Origin: Squalus acanthias
Lineage: Eukaryota
Direction of reading: 5' to 3'
DNA: 64,000 bases
Assembly (NCBI GenBank): GCA_030390025.1
Contig: CM059432.1
Span: 120,592,001 to 120,656,000 of the forward strand
Below are positions 62,824 through 64,000 of this stretch, piece by piece. Numbering within the stretch: the first letter of the stretch is position 1; each line of letters starts with the position of its first letter. Under the pieces are notes generated by a model. That model saw only the letters and a program-made list of their open reading frames with translations, ran no database searches and was not told the origin of the DNA. A program made the position numbers and the translations under genes.

Positions 62824-63017
62824 TGTGGTAACACAATACAGCTTCCTGTGACTCGAACTTTATTACATCACTTCCTGTGATTAGTCCAGGATAAATACTG
62901 GGCTGATCAGTTGGATCCTGGAGAGGCATAGAGTAAGACCTCTTTTGTATGTAGCACCTTTTTAGTTGATTAAAGCTTACTTTAAGTTCACCACGCGTAA
63001 GGCTCATTCTTACGACA
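62824..63017 (+). repeat. 3' LTR
   Basis: Identical to the 5' LTR; followed by CTGTA. Confidence 0.96.
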
Positions 63018-63329
63018 CTGTATTTAGCAAATTGAAGGCATAGTAGTGTAAGAATGTCTTTGTGAGATCTTTTATTCCAAATGATTTGACATTGACCTGT
63101 ATAGGTGTCAGTGGTTAAATGTTTATTCAGCACAAGCAAGGATCAACACAATTACTGCATCTTAAGCAGCAGTTTCCAAGATATAATTAAGAGCCATATT
63201 ACCCCATTCATGTCTTGGGTAAAAGTCGTGGTCAGAGTTATCTGCACCCCTCTCTTGCCATGCCTCCTGGCCTGATTAGCCTCTTAGTGTCCCCTAGAGT
63301 TACTGGAATCTTCCTCTGTTAACTTCTAG

Positions 63330-63903
63330 TATAGAACACTGGTTCGGCCTCAACTGGAGTATTTTGTCCAATTCTGGGCACCACACTTTAGGAAGGATTT
63401 GAAAGCCTTAGGGAGGGTGCAGGAAAGATTTACGAGAATGATTCCAGGAAGGAGGGACTTCTGTTATGTGGATAGACTGGAGAAGCTGGGGTTGTACTCC
63501 TTAGAGCAGAAAAGGTTAAGAGGAGATTTGATAGAGGTGTTCAAAATCATGAGGGGTCTAGACAAAGTAGATAGAGAGAAACTGTTCCCATTCGAGGAAT
63601 AGTCGAGAACTAGAGGACACAAATTTAAGGTGATTGGCAAAAGAACCAAAGGCAACATGAGGAACAACTTTTTTACGCAGTGAGTGGTTAGGATCTGGAA
63701 TGCACTGCCTGAAAGGGTGGTGGAGGCAGATTGAATCGTGGCTTTCAAAAGGGAGTTGGATCAGTAGCTGAAGGAAAAAAATTTGCAGGGCTACTGGGAA
63801 AGGGCGGGGGATTGGGACCAGATGAAGTGCTCTTGCAGAGAGCCGGCACAGGCTCAACGGGCCGAATGACCTCCTACTGTGCTGTAACTATTCTATGATT
63901 CTA
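63330..63903 (+). mobile_element. CR1 3' end
   Basis: QFWAPHFRKD, RLRGDLIEVFKI; TTCTATGATTCTAT tail. Confidence 0.88.
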
Positions 63904-63904
63904 T

Positions 63905-64000
63905 AAAACGATTCTTGACAGATCGCAAGTTCCATGTTTTCGCGCATGCGCTTCGCACGCGAAAACCTGGAACTTGCGGGGCCCTTACGCGTATACACCC
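63905..64000. mobile_element. Fragment of family B MITE
   Basis: TTGACAGATCGC...GCGCATGCG... resembles the reverse complement of 890-1000. Confidence 0.55.

Larger units (their letters stand above)
58632..63017 (+). mobile_element. Full-length young Ty3/Gypsy LTR retrotransposon (Mag-lineage-like)
   Basis: Identical 194-bp TG...CA LTRs; 5-bp TSD CTGTA; PPT; gag-PR-RT-RH-IN order; two CCHC knuckles. Confidence 0.96.

Noticed and set aside
62416..62851. env-like extra ORF in the Gypsy element
   Set aside because: Explained by the frameshifted integrase tail; no signal peptide or transmembrane segment

Overview
Eukaryotic, almost entirely transposon-derived DNA. It is most likely a cartilaginous-fish (shark-like) intron or intergenic region, inferred from the CR1 3' tails, a Deu-domain SINE and Penelope-type hammerhead repeats. 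No host gene could be named; two unidentified minus-strand candidate exons remain. The window holds about 10 degenerate CR1/L2-group LINE pieces, a Vingi-like 3' end, many PIF/Harbinger elements (a near-intact two-gene copy, deletion derivatives and MITEs with 3-bp TSDs), a pogo-like MITE, a probable solo LTR and several minimal hammerhead-ribozyme motifs. The standout is a very young full-length Ty3/Gypsy element (58632-63017, identical 194-bp LTRs, CTGTA TSD). It has no tRNA-type PBS but has an exact 11-nt PBS complementary to its own LTR (Tf1-style self-priming signature), a YLDN reverse-transcriptase motif, an in-frame TGA between protease and RT, and a duplicated PPT plus LTR start. All calls are by eye; no database searches were run.
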